This document shows, in pieces, positions 62,236 through 64,000 of a stretch of DNA of 64,000 nt. A model generated the notes under the pieces. The model saw only the letters and a list, made by a program, of their open reading frames with translations, did not search any database and was not told the origin of the DNA. Every line of letters starts with the position of its first letter. Positions within the stretch are counted from its first letter, which is position 1. The stretch is taken from NCBI GenBank assembly GCA_963693365.1, contig CAVNZM010000002.1:7532454-7596453 (forward strand). The letters run 5' to 3'. Both the position numbers and the translations under genes were made by a program. Source of the stretch: Amoebidium appalachense. Taxonomy: Eukaryota; Protista; Ichthyosporea.

Positions 62236-63279
62236 ATGCTGTTTGAAATGGTGCAAGCAAATTTCCTGAGCCTACGCTTGACAGCTGGGGTGGTTATCAA
62301 ACAATACGAAATTCTTTCTTCCAAGCCCCTAGGTAATGGTGCATATGCAGCTGTATACCACGCAAAACACAGGAAAAGTGGTGTGAACGTAGCGTTGAAA
62401 TGCATCCCGCATTCGAACCCCGACCCTCTCTCGTCGGTAGAGACAGAGGTTGAAGCGCTTACGCGCACCAGAGGCCACCCAAACGTCGTCAGTCTATATG
62501 ATGTCTTTCAAGATGACAGCTTTACCTATCTAGTTCTCGAGCACTGTTCTAACGGGACACTACACGATTTCCTTCAAAAGAACGGACCAGTACCGGAGGA
62601 CATGGCGAAAAAATGGTTTGCTCAGCTCGTGCGTGCTGTTTCATTCTGTCAGGATCGTGGTGTCATCAACCAGGATTTGAAAAACGAAAACGTTCTTTTT
62701 GACTCGAACATGAACGTCAAGATAGTCGACTTTGGCCTTTGTGTGTTGACAGACGGGGACGCATCTCGAGCGGTTACGACACGGGCGGGGGGATCGCCTG
62801 TCTTTGCTGCTCCAGAGGTTTATGGCGCTAGTTTGAATGGAATTTCCTTCCGTCCTGCCTTGGCCGAGTCATGGGCTCTTGGTGTTATTTTGCATTCCAT
62901 TCTTACAGGAGCACTCCCATTTCCTGTCAGGCATTACCAGCGCATGTGGATGCGATATCAACCGCCCACCTCCTTGTCGACCTCCTGCCAGGATTTGCTA
63001 CAGTACATGTTGAAACACACGCCGTCAGTACGTCTCCCCGTGAAAAGAATACAAGAGCATGTTTGGTTACGTGAGCAAACGGACGATGGTTGTGCTTCAT
63101 GTTCAGATGATGAAGTTGCAAACTTGGATGTTGATGTGTGTTATAATTATGAGCCAAGAGCGTCGCTGGTAAGGTTAGCAGGTTTGAATGATGGAGTGGA
63201 CATGGGGCATCGATGTACTTGTGATGACAGTGTGGGTAAAGGTGGAAAGGTGATGGTTGAGGTCGGGCATAACTGTTAG
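62236..63279 (+). CDS. Ser/Thr protein kinase, CAMK/AMPK-like, intronless CDS, atypical catalytic loop
   Basis: LGNGAYAAV, VALK, EVEAL..HPNVVSLY, NQDLKNEN, IVDFG, GSPVFAAPE, WALGVIL..GALPF. Confidence 0.92.
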   Translation: MLFEMVQANFLSLRLTAGVVIKQYEILSSKPLGNGAYAAVYHAKHRKSGVNVALKCIPHSNPDPLSSVETEVEALTRTRGHPNVVSLYDVFQDDSFTYLVLEHCSNGTLHDFLQKNGPVPEDMAKKWFAQLVRAVSFCQDRGVINQDLKNENVLFDSNMNVKIVDFGLCVLTDGDASRAVTTRAGGSPVFAAPEVYGASLNGISFRPALAESWALGVILHSILTGALPFPVRHYQRMWMRYQPPTSLSTSCQDLLQYMLKHTPSVRLPVKRIQEHVWLREQTDDGCASCSDDEVANLDVDVCYNYEPRASLVRLAGLNDGVDMGHRCTCDDSVGKGGKVMVEVGHNC

Positions 63280-64000
63280 ACACGCGCTGCAGTTGAAGTT
63301 TGTTGCCCAACGGGTGTGGGTTCGAAAGAATTGTAGAACAAGCAATCACTATCAATCTCTTTGGGCTGTATTTCTTGTTATTGTATTTTGTTGTAGTAGT
63401 CAATCGAAAACCGAGATGTAGAACTTGACTCTTTTTAGGAGCTGGAAAGGTGCACCACAAGGTTATTTTGATCTTGAGGTGTCCCGAGACTGCGAGACCT
63501 TTTTTTTTAGTTAACTGTCACTGCTTGTTCTGTTAAATTTTTTTTGTATAAGAGTTTGTAGACTTATACAGTGTTAATAGCATACAGTGTTAGTATAAAT
63601 ATGTGTATAGGACGCCCAGTTTCGAAGATTTGGCCTGTTCTTTGTGGGATCATCTCTACCCAATTGCGTGAATCATACATATCCTTGTCGTATAGTGAAC
63701 GAGAGAAGAACAGAAGCCTTGATATTCGTGTATTTAGTCTATGCATATGAGACTTGCAGATATTCTGAACACGAGACCTGCGCTGAGCGCAGTCATTGTT
63801 GCTGTCCGGAAGGACCTTGCTGCCTGCCCTCCTTCCCCCCCCCCCCCCCCCCCCCCCGGCCCGTCCGCTCCGCTCCTCAAAACACACGTACACACACAAG
63901 ACGACCACCACCACCACCAAAACATCACGCACGCGCTCGCGCACACACACACCGTGACATACATAGCCATATGTGTACACAAAAAAAAACCACCCACCCG

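Overview
Eukaryotic genomic DNA, intron-rich and dense in poly-G/poly-C tracts and (CA)n/(GA)n microsatellites. The gene content suggests an opisthokont, probably a unicellular holozoan (inference only). Most ORFs in the supplied track are microsatellite artefacts. By manual splicing I reconstruct: an F-box/LRR gene running off the left edge (-), a frameshifted LRR gene (-), a 2-exon SLC28/CNT nucleoside transporter (-), a possible 85-aa Q-rich gene (-), a 12-exon HDHD5/CECR5-like HAD-IIA hydrolase (+), a 10-exon C11orf54/DUF1907-like gene (-), a 5-exon PGAP2IP/CWH43-like membrane-EEP gene (+) and an atypical CAMK-like kinase (+). The mobile DNA is the most interesting part. (1) A 3.4-kb TIR element (20858-24236) pairs a deleted THAP + ISL2EU/Harbinger-type transposase with a convergent Exo1/XPG-family nuclease. 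(2) About 12 copies of a diverse, 5'-truncated retroposon-like family end in ...ATTCAA(A) followed by poly-C, carry a covarying pseudoknot RNA fold, and are co-oriented with their host genes. (3) A non-autonomous hAT element with an 8-bp TSD holds an internal perfect 30-bp inverted copy of its own subterminal region. (4) A GTGATATCAC-array MITE sits just upstream of the C11orf54-like gene.
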